Shown: one piece after another, positions 18,389 through 28,284 of the stretch
How the letters are laid out: each line of letters opens with the position of its first letter
Position numbering within the stretch: position 1 is the stretch's first letter
Assembly: GCA_029062865.1 (NCBI GenBank)
Contig: JAIDPG010000234.1
Location: forward strand, 1-51,433
Length of the DNA stretch: 51,433 nucleotides
Source of the DNA: Oscillospiraceae bacterium
GTDB taxonomy: Bacteria; Bacillota; Clostridia; Oscillospirales; Ruminococcaceae
Direction of reading: 5' to 3'
The notes under the pieces: generated by a model
What the model saw: the letters and a program-made list of their open reading frames with translations, nothing else
What the model was told of the DNA's origin: nothing
The model's database searches: none
Program-made: the position numbers and the translations under genes

Positions 18389-18778
18389 ATGAAAATCATC
18401 ATCAAAAACAAATCCGAGCTGCCGATTTACGAGCAGATCGAGCAGCAGATCCGCGAGCAGATTCTGGACGGCTCGGCGGCGGAAAACGAGCAGCTGCCGT
18501 CGATAAGGCAGCTGGCGCGCGACCTGAAAATCAGCGTCATCACGACGACGCGCGCCTACAACGACCTCGCCGATGAGGGCTTTATCGTTTCCGTTTCGGG
18601 CAAGGGCTATTTCGTCGCGCCGCGGAACAACGAGCTATTGCGCGAGCGAATGCTCTGCGAAATGGAGGAGGCTCTTGACAAAGCGATATCAAGCGGGCGA
18701 AACGCGGGGCTTTCCGACGAGGAGATCATCACGGCGTTGAAAAATTATTTGGAGGATCAAAATGGAAAATATTCTTGA
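18389..18778 (+). CDS. GntR-family (YtrA-type) regulator
   Basis: PIYEQI, LPSIRQLARDL and GKGYFV motifs. Confidence 0.92.
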   Translation: MKIIIKNKSELPIYEQIEQQIREQILDGSAAENEQLPSIRQLARDLKISVITTTRAYNDLADEGFIVSVSGKGYFVAPRNNELLRERMLCEMEEALDKAISSGRNAGLSDEEIITALKNYLEDQNGKYS

Positions 18779-19631
18779 AATCAACGGACTTTGCAAATCC
18801 TACGGCGATTTTTCGCTTAAGGACGTGAGCTTTGCGCTGCCAAAGGGATACATTATGGGATTTGTCGGGCAGAACGGCTCGGGCAAGACAACGACGATCC
18901 GCGCCATTCTGAATATGGCAAAGGCGGACAGCGGCAAGATAAGCGTGTTCGGGCTGGACAGCGTGACCGATACCATCGCGATTAAAGAGCGCCTCGGCGT
19001 GGTGTTCGACGAGCTTTACCTCGCCAATCACCTAAACGTGCGGCAGATAGAGCAGCAGCTGAAGCCGTTCTACAAGGACTGGAGCACCGAGGATTTCTTC
19101 CGCAGGATCAAAGACTTCGGGCTTCCCGACGACAAAAAAGTCGGCGCGTTTTCAAAGGGTATGAAAATGAAGCTGATGATCGCCGTCGCGCTTTCTCATA
19201 AGGCGGAGCTGATCGTCCTCGACGAGCCGACGAGCGGTCTTGACCCCGTCGCTCGTGACGAGCTTCTTGACATTCTTTCGGAATACATTGAGGACGAAAA
19301 CCGCGGAGTGCTGTTTTCGACGCACATCACCGCCGACGTGGAGCGCATCGCGGATTATGTGACTATCCTGCACAACGGCAAGGTGTGGTTTACCGGAACA
19401 AAGGACGAGCTCGCGGAGGGATACGCTGTTCTTAAGGGCGCGGAGGCGGATATTCCCGGCGCGCTGAAGGAGAAGCTCATCGGCTTCCACAACTATCGCA
19501 ACGGCTTTGAGGCGTTGATAAAAACCGCCGATCTCGTGGGCGTTCCGAGCCCGCTTGAATACGAAAAAGCAAGCATCGACGAGATACTTGTCTACATCGC
19601 GAAGGAGGATAAGAATGAAAGACATTCTTAA
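18762..19631 (+). CDS. ABC transporter ATP-binding protein (YtrB-like)
   Basis: GQNGSGKT, FSKGMKMK, VLDEP. Confidence 0.93.
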   Translation: MENILEINGLCKSYGDFSLKDVSFALPKGYIMGFVGQNGSGKTTTIRAILNMAKADSGKISVFGLDSVTDTIAIKERLGVVFDELYLANHLNVRQIEQQLKPFYKDWSTEDFFRRIKDFGLPDDKKVGAFSKGMKMKLMIAVALSHKAELIVLDEPTSGLDPVARDELLDILSEYIEDENRGVLFSTHITADVERIADYVTILHNGKVWFTGTKDELAEGYAVLKGAEADIPGALKEKLIGFHNYRNGFEALIKTADLVGVPSPLEYEKASIDEILVYIAKEDKNERHS

Positions 19632-20331
19632 AATAATGCGCTTTGACTTCCTCTCGGCGAGACCCTATGCGCTTGCTCCCGCGGCGATAATTCTGCTGCT
19701 CTGCGCTGCGCTCAGCCTGTTTTTTAGCCCGATTATCAGCGCTTACATCACGTTTGGGGCAGCGATATTTATTATCCCGCTTGGCGGCGTCGCGGAAAAA
19801 AGCGGCTTTAACAGGCTTTACGGAATTCTCCCCGTGAACAGAAAAAACATCACGCGGGCGCGATTTATCTACATATTTTTCCTGCATTTTATCGCGGAAA
19901 TTATCGAGATCGCAATAGCGTTTGTGTCGTTCAATTTAAAGCTGAACAAACTGCTCCCGAACCAAAACGGCGAGCTGGCTCAGATGGTAAGCAAGGGCTT
20001 CGAGGACGGCTTTCTTATCCCCGTCGCGATTATCGCGGCGTTTATTCTGTTCTGTCTGCTGTTCGGCTATATGGAAATGATGGGGCAGCTTTTCGGGCGG
20101 GAAAACGAGCTGAAAATTATCATCATAACGCTTGGAGTTGTGTGCGGCGTTGTGTTTGTAATACTGCTGCTCGCCGAAAGAGAGATCATTCCGACGCTAA
20201 AGTTCCCGAGCCTGCCCGTAACGACGGCGGGGAAGGTGATACTCGGCGTTGTCTTGAATATCATAATGCTCGGTATTTGCGTGCTGTTCGGCGAGATCAC
20301 CGCAAACAGGCTCGCAAAGCGTGAGCTTTAA
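19615..20331 (+). CDS. ABC-2 type permease
   Basis: RBS AAGGAGG, LPVNRKNITRARF motif, ~6 TM segments. Confidence 0.8.
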   Translation: MKDILKIMRFDFLSARPYALAPAAIILLLCAALSLFFSPIISAYITFGAAIFIIPLGGVAEKSGFNRLYGILPVNRKNITRARFIYIFFLHFIAEIIEIAIAFVSFNLKLNKLLPNQNGELAQMVSKGFEDGFLIPVAIIAAFILFCLLFGYMEMMGQLFGRENELKIIIITLGVVCGVVFVILLLAEREIIPTLKFPSLPVTTAGKVILGVVLNIIMLGICVLFGEITANRLAKREL

Positions 20332-20343
20332 GGGGGTGCGGAT

Positions 20344-21128
20344 ATGCGAAGAATACTTGATTTGATACGCGTCGATATAATCACGATGAACGGCGGCAAA
20401 AACAACACGCGGTCTATGCTATAATGCTGCTTGTTTTTTTCGGAGTGCTCGGCTTTGTGTTTTCGTCGCTTGTCGGGATTTACTGCCCGCTGCTGGTGGG
20501 CGGGTTTTTCGCGCCAATGATCTTCAGCAACGAGCGGAAATTTCATAGCGAAAAGCTCTGGGGGCTTCTCCCGATAAGGCGTCGCGATCTGGTCAACGCG
20601 CGGTTTTTGCTTTCGATTGTGGTTTATACCGCGATGTTTGTCGTGTTTTACTTGCTGATGCTGTTGTCGCAAACGCTCAAGCTGAACAATATTATTTTTG
20701 AAAACGGCTCGGCGGAGCTTGATTTGGTCGCGATTTTGGCTCGGAAAACGGACGGCGCAATGACCGAGCTTGGGCTGTTCAATCTGGTTTACTTCGCGGC
20801 GTTCGCGTTCGGGCTCATTTTTATGACGGGAAGTCTGCGAAATCACTTCAAAGACAGCAAGGCCGCGGACGGAACGCTTAAAAAAGCCACGAGAAAAGAA
20901 TACATTTATCTTCTGCTTGTCGCCGCGGTGGGCTTGATCTGGGCTCTGATCATCTCAAATGTTATTAAAATAGGTCCGCTGCTTATGGTGCTGGCTCAGC
21001 TGCTTTTGCAGCTTGCGTCGGCGGCTAACGGCTTTCTGCTCGCGGCGGCGATGGTCGCGATAGGAGTGTTCTCGGCGATTTACAAATATGTCTGCACCGT
21101 TTTGGAATACGACGAAAAGGAATTGTGA
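20344..21128 (+). CDS. ABC-2 type permease, apparently frameshifted near 20420
   Basis: MRRILDLIRVD...RSML* (paralogous to the MKDILKIMRFD start upstream) continues in the -1 frame as ORF 20424-21128 with LPIRRRDLVNARF. Confidence 0.7.
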
Positions 21129-21139
21129 GGAGGTCGCTC

Positions 21140-22972
21140 ATGAAAATAATCAAACAGCTCGCGGCGGCTTTCCTTGCCGCAGTAACACTCGCAAGTTTAA
21201 CTTTCACCGCCGCCGCGGAGGAAAAAAGCATAATTCTCCCGTCGGGAATTTCGCTTGAACGCGCGCGGAGGGAGCTTTCCGACAAAGCCGCGGAGCTCGG
21301 CGGAGAGCCGCAGTTCGCGTCCGCGGCGGTCGGGATCTTCAAAGGCGGCGAAATCCTCCTTGAGGAATATTACGGCAAAACGGATATGGAGAACAATATC
21401 CACGCCGACGAGAGCTCCGTCTACGAATGGGGCAGCATTTCCAAAACGCTCATCTGGGTGAGCGCGATGCAGCTTTGGGAGCGCGGCGAGCTCGACCTTG
21501 AACGCGACATTCGCGAATATCTCCCTGACGGCTTTTTCCGCAATCTCGCCTACGACGAGCCGATAACGATGCTCAACCTTATGAATCACACCGCGGGCTG
21601 GCAGGAAACCACGCGCCCGATCTGGGAAACCGACGAAGCCGCGCTCCTGCCGCTCGGCGAGGCACTCCAAGCGTGCGAGCCCGCGCAGGTTTTCCGCCCC
21701 GGAGAGGTCGCGGCGTACTCGAACTACGGCGCGGCGGTCGCGGCTTATGTCGTCGAGTGCATCACGAAAACGGACTATTGCGAGTATGTTCACCAAAACA
21801 TCTTTAAGCCGCTCGGAATGGAGCACACCGCGCTTTTGTCCGCACACAACGACAACGAGTGGGTTTACGCGCGGCGAAAGGAAATGAACATTTATTCGTT
21901 CGGCATAGGCGGCGCGGTTGATCTTGGCAGTTATCTGAATTACGTCACGATTTACCCCGCGGGCGCGGCGACGGGCACGCTTTCCGATTTGATGACGTTC
22001 GCGCAAGCCCTTGTTGATGACGCGGCGCCCTTGTTTAAAAATCCCGAAACGCGCACGCTGATGTTCACGGCGACGGATTTTTATGGCAGCTCGGACATCC
22101 CGAAATGCGCGCACGGCTTCTGGTGTATGGAATACGCCGTCAGAACCTACGGTCACAGCGGCGCGACAATGGCGGGGCAGGCGGATATGCTCATTGACCT
22201 TGATTCCAAAACCGGACTAATCGTTATGGTGAACGAGCCGAACGGCAACGCGTTTCTGTTTGACACGCCGGAGCTTGTTTTCGGGAAATTATCCGCGGAA
22301 AGGTTCGGCGCGGCGGCTGATAGCAAAGCCGATTTTCACGGTCATTACACCGTGTCGCGCTCGACCTACCGCGGAATGCTGAAGCTGATGCCGTTTGTCT
22401 CGGCAATTTCGTCAAGCGTCGTGCGTGGCGCGCAAAGTATTGGCGACGGCGTTTACGTGCTCGACTCTTCCTACGGCACGATACTCCTCGGCGAAAAGAC
22501 GCTCTCGAGCGGCAGAACGGCGCTCCAGCAGCCCTCCGCCGATCTGCTGCACGACGGTCTATACATCGCGAAGCTGATTTTGCTGGCGCTTTATATCCTG
22601 CTCGCGATTTCGGCGATTTATCTTCTGCGAATTTCGCGAAAGCTGAAAAAGCACGGCAAGCAGGTCGCGATAAAAGGCGCGGCGGTGATGACGGCGGGGC
22701 AGATAGCGCGTCTTGTTTCCATGGTTGCGCTTTTCGTGATGATAGCGATCTACGCGGGTTACGGCGGCGGGCTTCCGACGGCAGCAGGCACGGTCATCGG
22801 CGTGGTTCAGATGCTCTGCGCCGCGGCGTGCGGAGCGTCGGCGGCTACATCGCTTGTGTCCGTGATCTCACTCAAAAAACAAAAGGCGCGCTATATTCTC
22901 AACACGCTCGCGTGTTCGGTTTTCGTTTTCGCGATTATTTATTTCGAGATGTATCGCTTCTGGGGAATTTGA
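21140..22972 (+). CDS. Serine hydrolase (beta-lactamase class C / PBP-like) with signal peptide and C-terminal TM helices
   Basis: SxxK (GSISK), YSN and HSG motifs, LMNHTAG, 4 C-terminal hydrophobic segments. Confidence 0.88.
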   Translation: MKIIKQLAAAFLAAVTLASLTFTAAAEEKSIILPSGISLERARRELSDKAAELGGEPQFASAAVGIFKGGEILLEEYYGKTDMENNIHADESSVYEWGSISKTLIWVSAMQLWERGELDLERDIREYLPDGFFRNLAYDEPITMLNLMNHTAGWQETTRPIWETDEAALLPLGEALQACEPAQVFRPGEVAAYSNYGAAVAAYVVECITKTDYCEYVHQNIFKPLGMEHTALLSAHNDNEWVYARRKEMNIYSFGIGGAVDLGSYLNYVTIYPAGAATGTLSDLMTFAQALVDDAAPLFKNPETRTLMFTATDFYGSSDIPKCAHGFWCMEYAVRTYGHSGATMAGQADMLIDLDSKTGLIVMVNEPNGNAFLFDTPELVFGKLSAERFGAAADSKADFHGHYTVSRSTYRGMLKLMPFVSAISSSVVRGAQSIGDGVYVLDSSYGTILLGEKTLSSGRTALQQPSADLLHDGLYIAKLILLALYILLAISAIYLLRISRKLKKHGKQVAIKGAAVMTAGQIARLVSMVALFVMIAIYAGYGGGLPTAAGTVIGVVQMLCAAACGASAATSLVSVISLKKQKARYILNTLACSVFVFAIIYFEMYRFWGI

Positions 22973-23132
22973 CAGTGTACAGTGGACAGTTGAAAGTTTT
23001 TGCCCGCCTGCGGCGGGCAAAATCGTTATTGGCGCTTATTGCGGTTCGCCGCAAAGCGCCTTTTTCTTTCCGCTTGACTTTTGTCCGAAAATTGCTATAA
23101 TTAGTTATGCTAAGAACGAACGGAGATCGCCG

Positions 23133-23830
23133 ATGAGAATATCAATAAAAATTCCGTGAAATTTATGCAAAAACTGCTTTTCGCGGAAATCGAAACTAAA
23201 TGAGGAATGCCCCGCGTGCGGCTTTAAAAGCGGCGCGGAGCAATCTCCCGCGCTGCCGCGGGGAACGACGCTCGCGTGGAGATATGTTCTCGGAGGGAGC
23301 ATCGGGCGGGGCGGCTTCGGGATAACGTATCTCGCGTTTGATATTATCGACAAGAAAACCGTCGCCGTTAAGGAATATTCCCCGTCGATGCTTGCGGTGA
23401 GGGAGCGCGGAAAACACGTTATCCCGAATTGCGAGAAAAATGCCGCTCAGTTCAACGAGGGCGAGGAGAAGTTTTTCAACGAGGCGGAGCTCGTGCGGCA
23501 ATTCAACGGCAATCCGAACATCGTCATCATTTACGAGTGCTTCTACGCAAACAACACGGCGTATTTCATAATGGAATATCTAAACGGTATCATGCCGGAG
23601 AATTATGTTAAAGCTCACGGCGTTTTAATCGAGAACCAAGCCGCGTACATCTCCGACAAGCTTACAATGGCGCTGGCAATTCTGCACAGCGGCGGCGTTC
23701 TTCACCGCGACATTTCGCTCGATAATTTGATGCTTTGCAAGGACAAAACCGTAAAGCTTATCGATTTCGGCGCGGCGCGGCAATGCGTCTACAACGGCAC
23801 GCGCGGCTACACCGCGATCTTTTTTTTTCG
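23133..23830 (+). pseudogene. Ser/Thr protein kinase with N-terminal Zn-ribbon, inactivated
   Basis: ATG23133 with in-frame TGA at 23157. CKNC..CPAC, GRGGFGITY, VAVKE, HRDIS and DFG are present. Similarity stops at a T run (~23820) before any APE motif. Confidence 0.85.
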
Positions 23831-23896
23831 CGAGAGTGTTGTTCGCGGTGAAGCACAAAATGAACTACGAAGCCGCAAGCGAGTTTATCTGGCGAA

Positions 23897-24125
23897 CCTG
23901 AAAAAAATCCCCGCTAAGCGGGGATTTTCAGACTGTTGATAAACCATCGCACCGTGCCGCCGCTTGTGGCGGCACTTACTTCGTCAAAGCCCGGGCGGCA
24001 GGCACAAAGCCTTGCCGCCCGGGCTTTTCCTCGTCTGCGAGTGTTTCTCCACCGTCTGAGAGTTGACTTTTTCTTCAAGCTGAAATCCCCGCAAAGCGGG
24101 TCTTTTTTAAATTTCCGCCGCAAGC
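23897..24125. repeat. Cluster of GC-rich hairpins (REP-like)
   Basis: aaaatccccgc/gcggggatttt, gtgccgcc/ggcggcac and agcccgggcggca/tgccgcccgggct. aaatccccgc recurs at ~24083 and ~39237. Confidence 0.5.
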
Positions 24126-24147
24126 GGCGTTCCTAAATTCTACATTA

Positions 24148-27084
24148 TCAATTGATCTTGTCTCGCCACTCATTGGCAATTTCGGCGCATTTTTCCATAT
24201 CGCTGCTTTCCGCCGCTTCACGAAGCCGCTCGAAGAGCTCCTGCTGATCGTCGGGGTATTTGCCGCGGGACATTCTCTCGACGACCTCGTCGATTTTCAG
24301 CGTGTCGAAATCGTCCAGCGCGGTTTGCAAATCGTCAAGCAGTTCCGACACATTTACGGCTGTGGAGCTGCCGTCCTCGATAAGCGCCAAGCCCCATTCC
24401 TCCATGATTTTGAGACAGTCGTCCACGTCGGTGTTTTCCGCCGCTGTTTTCAGCCGCTCGAAAAATTCCTTGCCGCGCTCGGTGAGCTCCAGCTTCGAGA
24501 TCTTTTCCAGCGCCTCGTCGATTTGAAGCGTGTCAAAATTATCCAGCGCCTCGTGCATATAATCCAGCATCACAACAACGCTTTGGAACATCGGCGGCTT
24601 GATTTCCTGCGGCTCTTCCTCAGCAAAGTATTTACCGAGAGCTTTATGCAATTCGAGATATTCCTCAATAAGCTCGTCGGTTTTCTCGTTGATCAAATCA
24701 ATATTGCCCTCGTTGCCGGCTTTTTCCATTTCAAAGGCAACGTCCGCGAGGTGATCTGCGCCGACCTGCCTTGACGCGCTTTTCAGCGCGTGGACCTCGA
24801 TCGTGTAATTGCGCCAGTTTTCCGCCGCCTTGTGGTCGAGGATTGTCTTGGCTTTCTTCTCGATAGAGTTGTAATACTCCTTGAGAACCGTCCAGAACAG
24901 CTTTTCGGTGCCGAGCATCGAAAGCGCGCTCTGGGTGTTCAGCTCCTTAACGTCGGAAGCCGCGAAGCCGCCCTCCGATTTGGTTTCCACGACTACTTGC
25001 TCCTCCGCAAACGCGTGACCCTCCTTGTCAAGGGGCACGATTTTTTCCTTCGGGAGCCAGTGCGCCAGCTTCGCGAGCGCGTTCTTGAGATCGATCGGCT
25101 TCGCTACAAAGTCGTTCATGCCCTCTCGGATAAACATTTCCCTTGCTCCGCCGATGGCGTTCGCCGTCAGCGCGATTATAGGTACGTCGTTATAGCTCGG
25201 CACAAGCCGCCTGATGATATGCGTCGCCTCGATACCGTCGACCTCCGGCATCATGTGATCCATAAAAATCAAGTCGTATTTTGTGTGGTGAATTTTCTCG
25301 ATAGCCGCCGAGGCGCTCTGCGCCGTGTCTATCGTCATTTGCAGTGGCGCGAGAAGTCCAGAAGCCACCGTGAGGTTCACGGCGTTGTCGTCGACGATAA
25401 GGATATGCGCGTCGGGCGCGACATACGCAAACGTCTCGCCCTCGCTTTCGCCGCTGTCAATGTGAATATCGTGAATTCCCATAGCGTTATACAGGCTCAG
25501 CGAATACGCGGGCTTGCTGATAACGCGGACGTTCGGGATTTCAACCACGTCAATGCTGTCGTAAGGCACGAGCACAAGGCACTGAACCTCCGGCTGCGCC
25601 GCCACGAAATCCTGGATAATTTTCGTGAAGTACGCCTTTTCAACGATGAACGCGTCCACGTTGAGCTTATCGAGCTTTGTCACGTTGCTGTTGGTCGCGC
25701 AGTCGATATACTCCGCGCCGATGCGCTCCAGATCCTTAATAAGCTGCTTTTTCACATACGGATTTTCGATAAGCACCGCGGCTTTCGGCGGAGCGTCGAG
25801 CGGCGGCATTACGGGCGCGCCGTCAACTACCTTCTGCGGCACCTCAAATGTGAACGTTGTGCCCTTTTCGTACTCGCTCTCCAGCGAGATCGTGCCGCCC
25901 ATAAGCTCAAGCAGCTGCTTGGAGATCGCGAGCCCCAGCCCCGTGCCCTCAATGTTGCGGTTACGCTTGCTGTCAACCTGCTGGAACGAGTTGAACAGCT
26001 TGTGCATATCCTTTTCTTTTATTCCGATGCCCGTGTCCGCGATTTTCACCTTCATCACGATCTCGTCCTCGCCGCGGCTTTCAAAGTTCATCTCGAAATG
26101 AACCTCGCCGCGCTGCGTGAATTTCACGGCGTTTGTAAGCAGATTCAAGATAATTTGGTGAATTCGCACATTGTCGCCGTAAAGCCGTTTTGGCATTTCG
26201 GGAGAGATATCCATCGTGAACTCAATCGGCTTTTCGCCAATTCGGCTGTTGACAATGCTCGTGAGATCCTGAATAACGGAAAGCGGCTCGTACTCAACGT
26301 CCACGATGTCCATTTTGCCCGACTCTATCTTCGAGAAGTCGAGAATATCGTTGATGATGACCAGCAAATTCTTGCTGGAGGATTTTATCTGATGTATGTA
26401 TTCGCGAACCGCCGGCGACATTTCCTCGCGCATTGCCAGATCCGCGAGACCTATGACCGCGTTCATCGGTGTGCGTATCTCGTGGCTCATATTCGCGAGA
26501 AAGTCCGATTTCATTTTAGACGCTTTTTCGATCTCGAGGTTGCTCTTGTGGAGCTCGTAGCTTTTCAGCGCCATATTTGAAAGCGTCGAGGCGATGACGA
26601 AAAGCGAGTGCGCCGCCTTTTCAACGCGCTCGTTGCTTACTATCGGTATCTTCTTGACAGCCGCCTCATACTCGTCCGGGTCGATGCCGAGCTCCACCGC
26701 CGTTTCGCGTATGCTCGGGATATACGGCGGCTCGACAAGCACCTGCCCGCCGATAAAGCTCCCGACGATCTCGCCGTTTGCGACAATTGGCGCGGCGAAA
26801 TCGACAAGCCCCGCGTGGCAGCGATAGGACACGGAGTTTCCGAATTTTCTCGTAATTTCAGCGCCGTTTATGTCGCAGCGCTCGCAGCGCTTGCGCCCCT
26901 CCTCGGTCGGGCGCGTCAGCTTCATACAAAAATCCGTAAACGCCGAGCCCTCTGTGATAGCTATGCCGTCAGCGTCCGTCGTAAGGCTCGCCATGCCCGT
27001 CATATCCGAAAAAGCGTCCTGAATAGCCTGGAGCGTGTCCTTATCTATAAGATCGGTTAGGTGAAGCTTGTTCTCGCTATCCAT
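24148..27084 (-). CDS. Cytoplasmic hybrid histidine kinase: PocR-HisKA-HATPase-REC-Hpt plus a C-terminal helical repeat
   Basis: PocR FCxxxR..C..CD and CHAGLVDFAAP, FLANMSHEIRTP, GTGLGL, DHMMP receiver, VHALKS Hpt. Confidence 0.92.
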   Translation of the reverse strand: MDSENKLHLTDLIDKDTLQAIQDAFSDMTGMASLTTDADGIAITEGSAFTDFCMKLTRPTEEGRKRCERCDINGAEITRKFGNSVSYRCHAGLVDFAAPIVANGEIVGSFIGGQVLVEPPYIPSIRETAVELGIDPDEYEAAVKKIPIVSNERVEKAAHSLFVIASTLSNMALKSYELHKSNLEIEKASKMKSDFLANMSHEIRTPMNAVIGLADLAMREEMSPAVREYIHQIKSSSKNLLVIINDILDFSKIESGKMDIVDVEYEPLSVIQDLTSIVNSRIGEKPIEFTMDISPEMPKRLYGDNVRIHQIILNLLTNAVKFTQRGEVHFEMNFESRGEDEIVMKVKIADTGIGIKEKDMHKLFNSFQQVDSKRNRNIEGTGLGLAISKQLLELMGGTISLESEYEKGTTFTFEVPQKVVDGAPVMPPLDAPPKAAVLIENPYVKKQLIKDLERIGAEYIDCATNSNVTKLDKLNVDAFIVEKAYFTKIIQDFVAAQPEVQCLVLVPYDSIDVVEIPNVRVISKPAYSLSLYNAMGIHDIHIDSGESEGETFAYVAPDAHILIVDDNAVNLTVASGLLAPLQMTIDTAQSASAAIEKIHHTKYDLIFMDHMMPEVDGIEATHIIRRLVPSYNDVPIIALTANAIGGAREMFIREGMNDFVAKPIDLKNALAKLAHWLPKEKIVPLDKEGHAFAEEQVVVETKSEGGFAASDVKELNTQSALSMLGTEKLFWTVLKEYYNSIEKKAKTILDHKAAENWRNYTIEVHALKSASRQVGADHLADVAFEMEKAGNEGNIDLINEKTDELIEEYLELHKALGKYFAEEEPQEIKPPMFQSVVVMLDYMHEALDNFDTLQIDEALEKISKLELTERGKEFFERLKTAAENTDVDDCLKIMEEWGLALIEDGSSTAVNVSELLDDLQTALDDFDTLKIDEVVERMSRGKYPDDQQELFERLREAAESSDMEKCAEIANEWRDKIN

Positions 27085-27105
27085 AAACTCATCTCCTAAA
27101 CTTTA

Positions 27106-27945
27106 TCATTCGGTAAGGTTCACGATTGTCGAAGCGAGCATATCCATATCAATGGGCTTAAGTAAGTAGCTATGCGGCTTCAGCGACATTACCTCCAAAA
27201 TCTTTTCGCGCTCGGAAACGCCCGTCAAAAAGCACACGGGGATATGCGCTGCCTTGGGGTTTTTCTTGAGTCTGCGGAAAATATCCGCGCCCGTTTCTAT
27301 CGGCATTTCGTAGTCGAGAATGATAAGATCGACCTTTTTCGTGTCTATTAGCTTATCGACCATAACGCCGTTTATCATCGCGGTAATCTCGTATTTATCG
27401 CCGAGCCCCGCCTTTACGAGCTTCAGGACGTTACGGTCGTCGTCGACGATCAGAATGTGCTTCTTTTCGCCGCTTGCCGCGATCTTTGCCGCCTCCGCTT
27501 CGAGAGCCGCCTGCTTTGCCGCTTCCTCGGCTTTTTTCGCAGCGACTCTCGCTTCGGCGCGCTCTTTAGCCTCATTCAGCTCGTCGAAATAGCGCGTTAT
27601 TCTAAGCACAAGGTTATCGGGAGTTACCGGGCGGCGGATAAGTACGTTAGCAGTGTATCTCGACGTTGCCTCGATCGAGTTGCAGGTGTCCGAGTCGCTG
27701 ATGATGAAAACTGCCGCGCCGTTATAGTCCGAGTCCTCCTTGAGCCTGTTTATCGTGTTGACGGTTCGTTCGTACTCGCGCTCGACAAAGCACACATACG
27801 CGTCGGGATTGAAAACCTTGAAGTGCCCGACAATATCCTGCCAGCACTCCGATGTGGAAAGCGTATCGAAAAACGCGTCGGTATGCTGGATAAAATCGGA
27901 CACAAGCCCGCCGTTTCTGCCGTTTAACAAGATTTTGTATTTCAT
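27106..27945 (-). CDS. Response regulator: degenerate N-terminal receiver, coiled coil, C-terminal receiver
   Basis: ILIVDDD, ILDYEMP and LLKP. RBS GGAGG precedes ATG27945. Confidence 0.85.
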   Translation of the reverse strand: MKYKILLNGRNGGLVSDFIQHTDAFFDTLSTSECWQDIVGHFKVFNPDAYVCFVEREYERTVNTINRLKEDSDYNGAAVFIISDSDTCNSIEATSRYTANVLIRRPVTPDNLVLRITRYFDELNEAKERAEARVAAKKAEEAAKQAALEAEAAKIAASGEKKHILIVDDDRNVLKLVKAGLGDKYEITAMINGVMVDKLIDTKKVDLIILDYEMPIETGADIFRRLKKNPKAAHIPVCFLTGVSEREKILEVMSLKPHSYLLKPIDMDMLASTIVNLTE

Positions 27946-27990
27946 AATCGTCCTCCGGAAGTTTAATTTATTCGAGACTTCACCATTTAC

Positions 27991-28097
27991 ATTATAGCAC
28001 AAATTATGAGGTTTGTCAAGATTTTCCGAAGCATTTCCCCAAAAGGCTCAAATTCCGTCGAAAAAGGGTTGACAATTGCCTGAAAATATTATATAAT
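27991..28097. promoter_or_regulatory. Divergent sigmaA promoters
   Basis: Minus strand: TTGACA(28019-28014)-17-TATAAT. Plus strand: TTGACA(28069)-17-TATAAT(28092). Confidence 0.75.
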
Positions 28098-28284
28098 TAA
28101 AGTGTATATTTGTCTTTAGGAGGAATTCGCCGGAAAAGTGCGCGAAACCGCACGATATAATCAAACCCGCATTTTTCCCGCGTTTTTCAATAAGCACGGA
28201 TTTGGCGCTTACTCCCCGCCGACGGCGGGGAGAAGCGAAAACTACGCGTTATAACTAAAAACCACATTTTCAAGGAGATGTATT

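Noticed and set aside
24790-26580. 596-aa plus-strand ORF (likewise 21197-22156 and 28408-31751 on the minus strand)
   Set aside because: Antisense shadows of GC-rich, motif-bearing genes.
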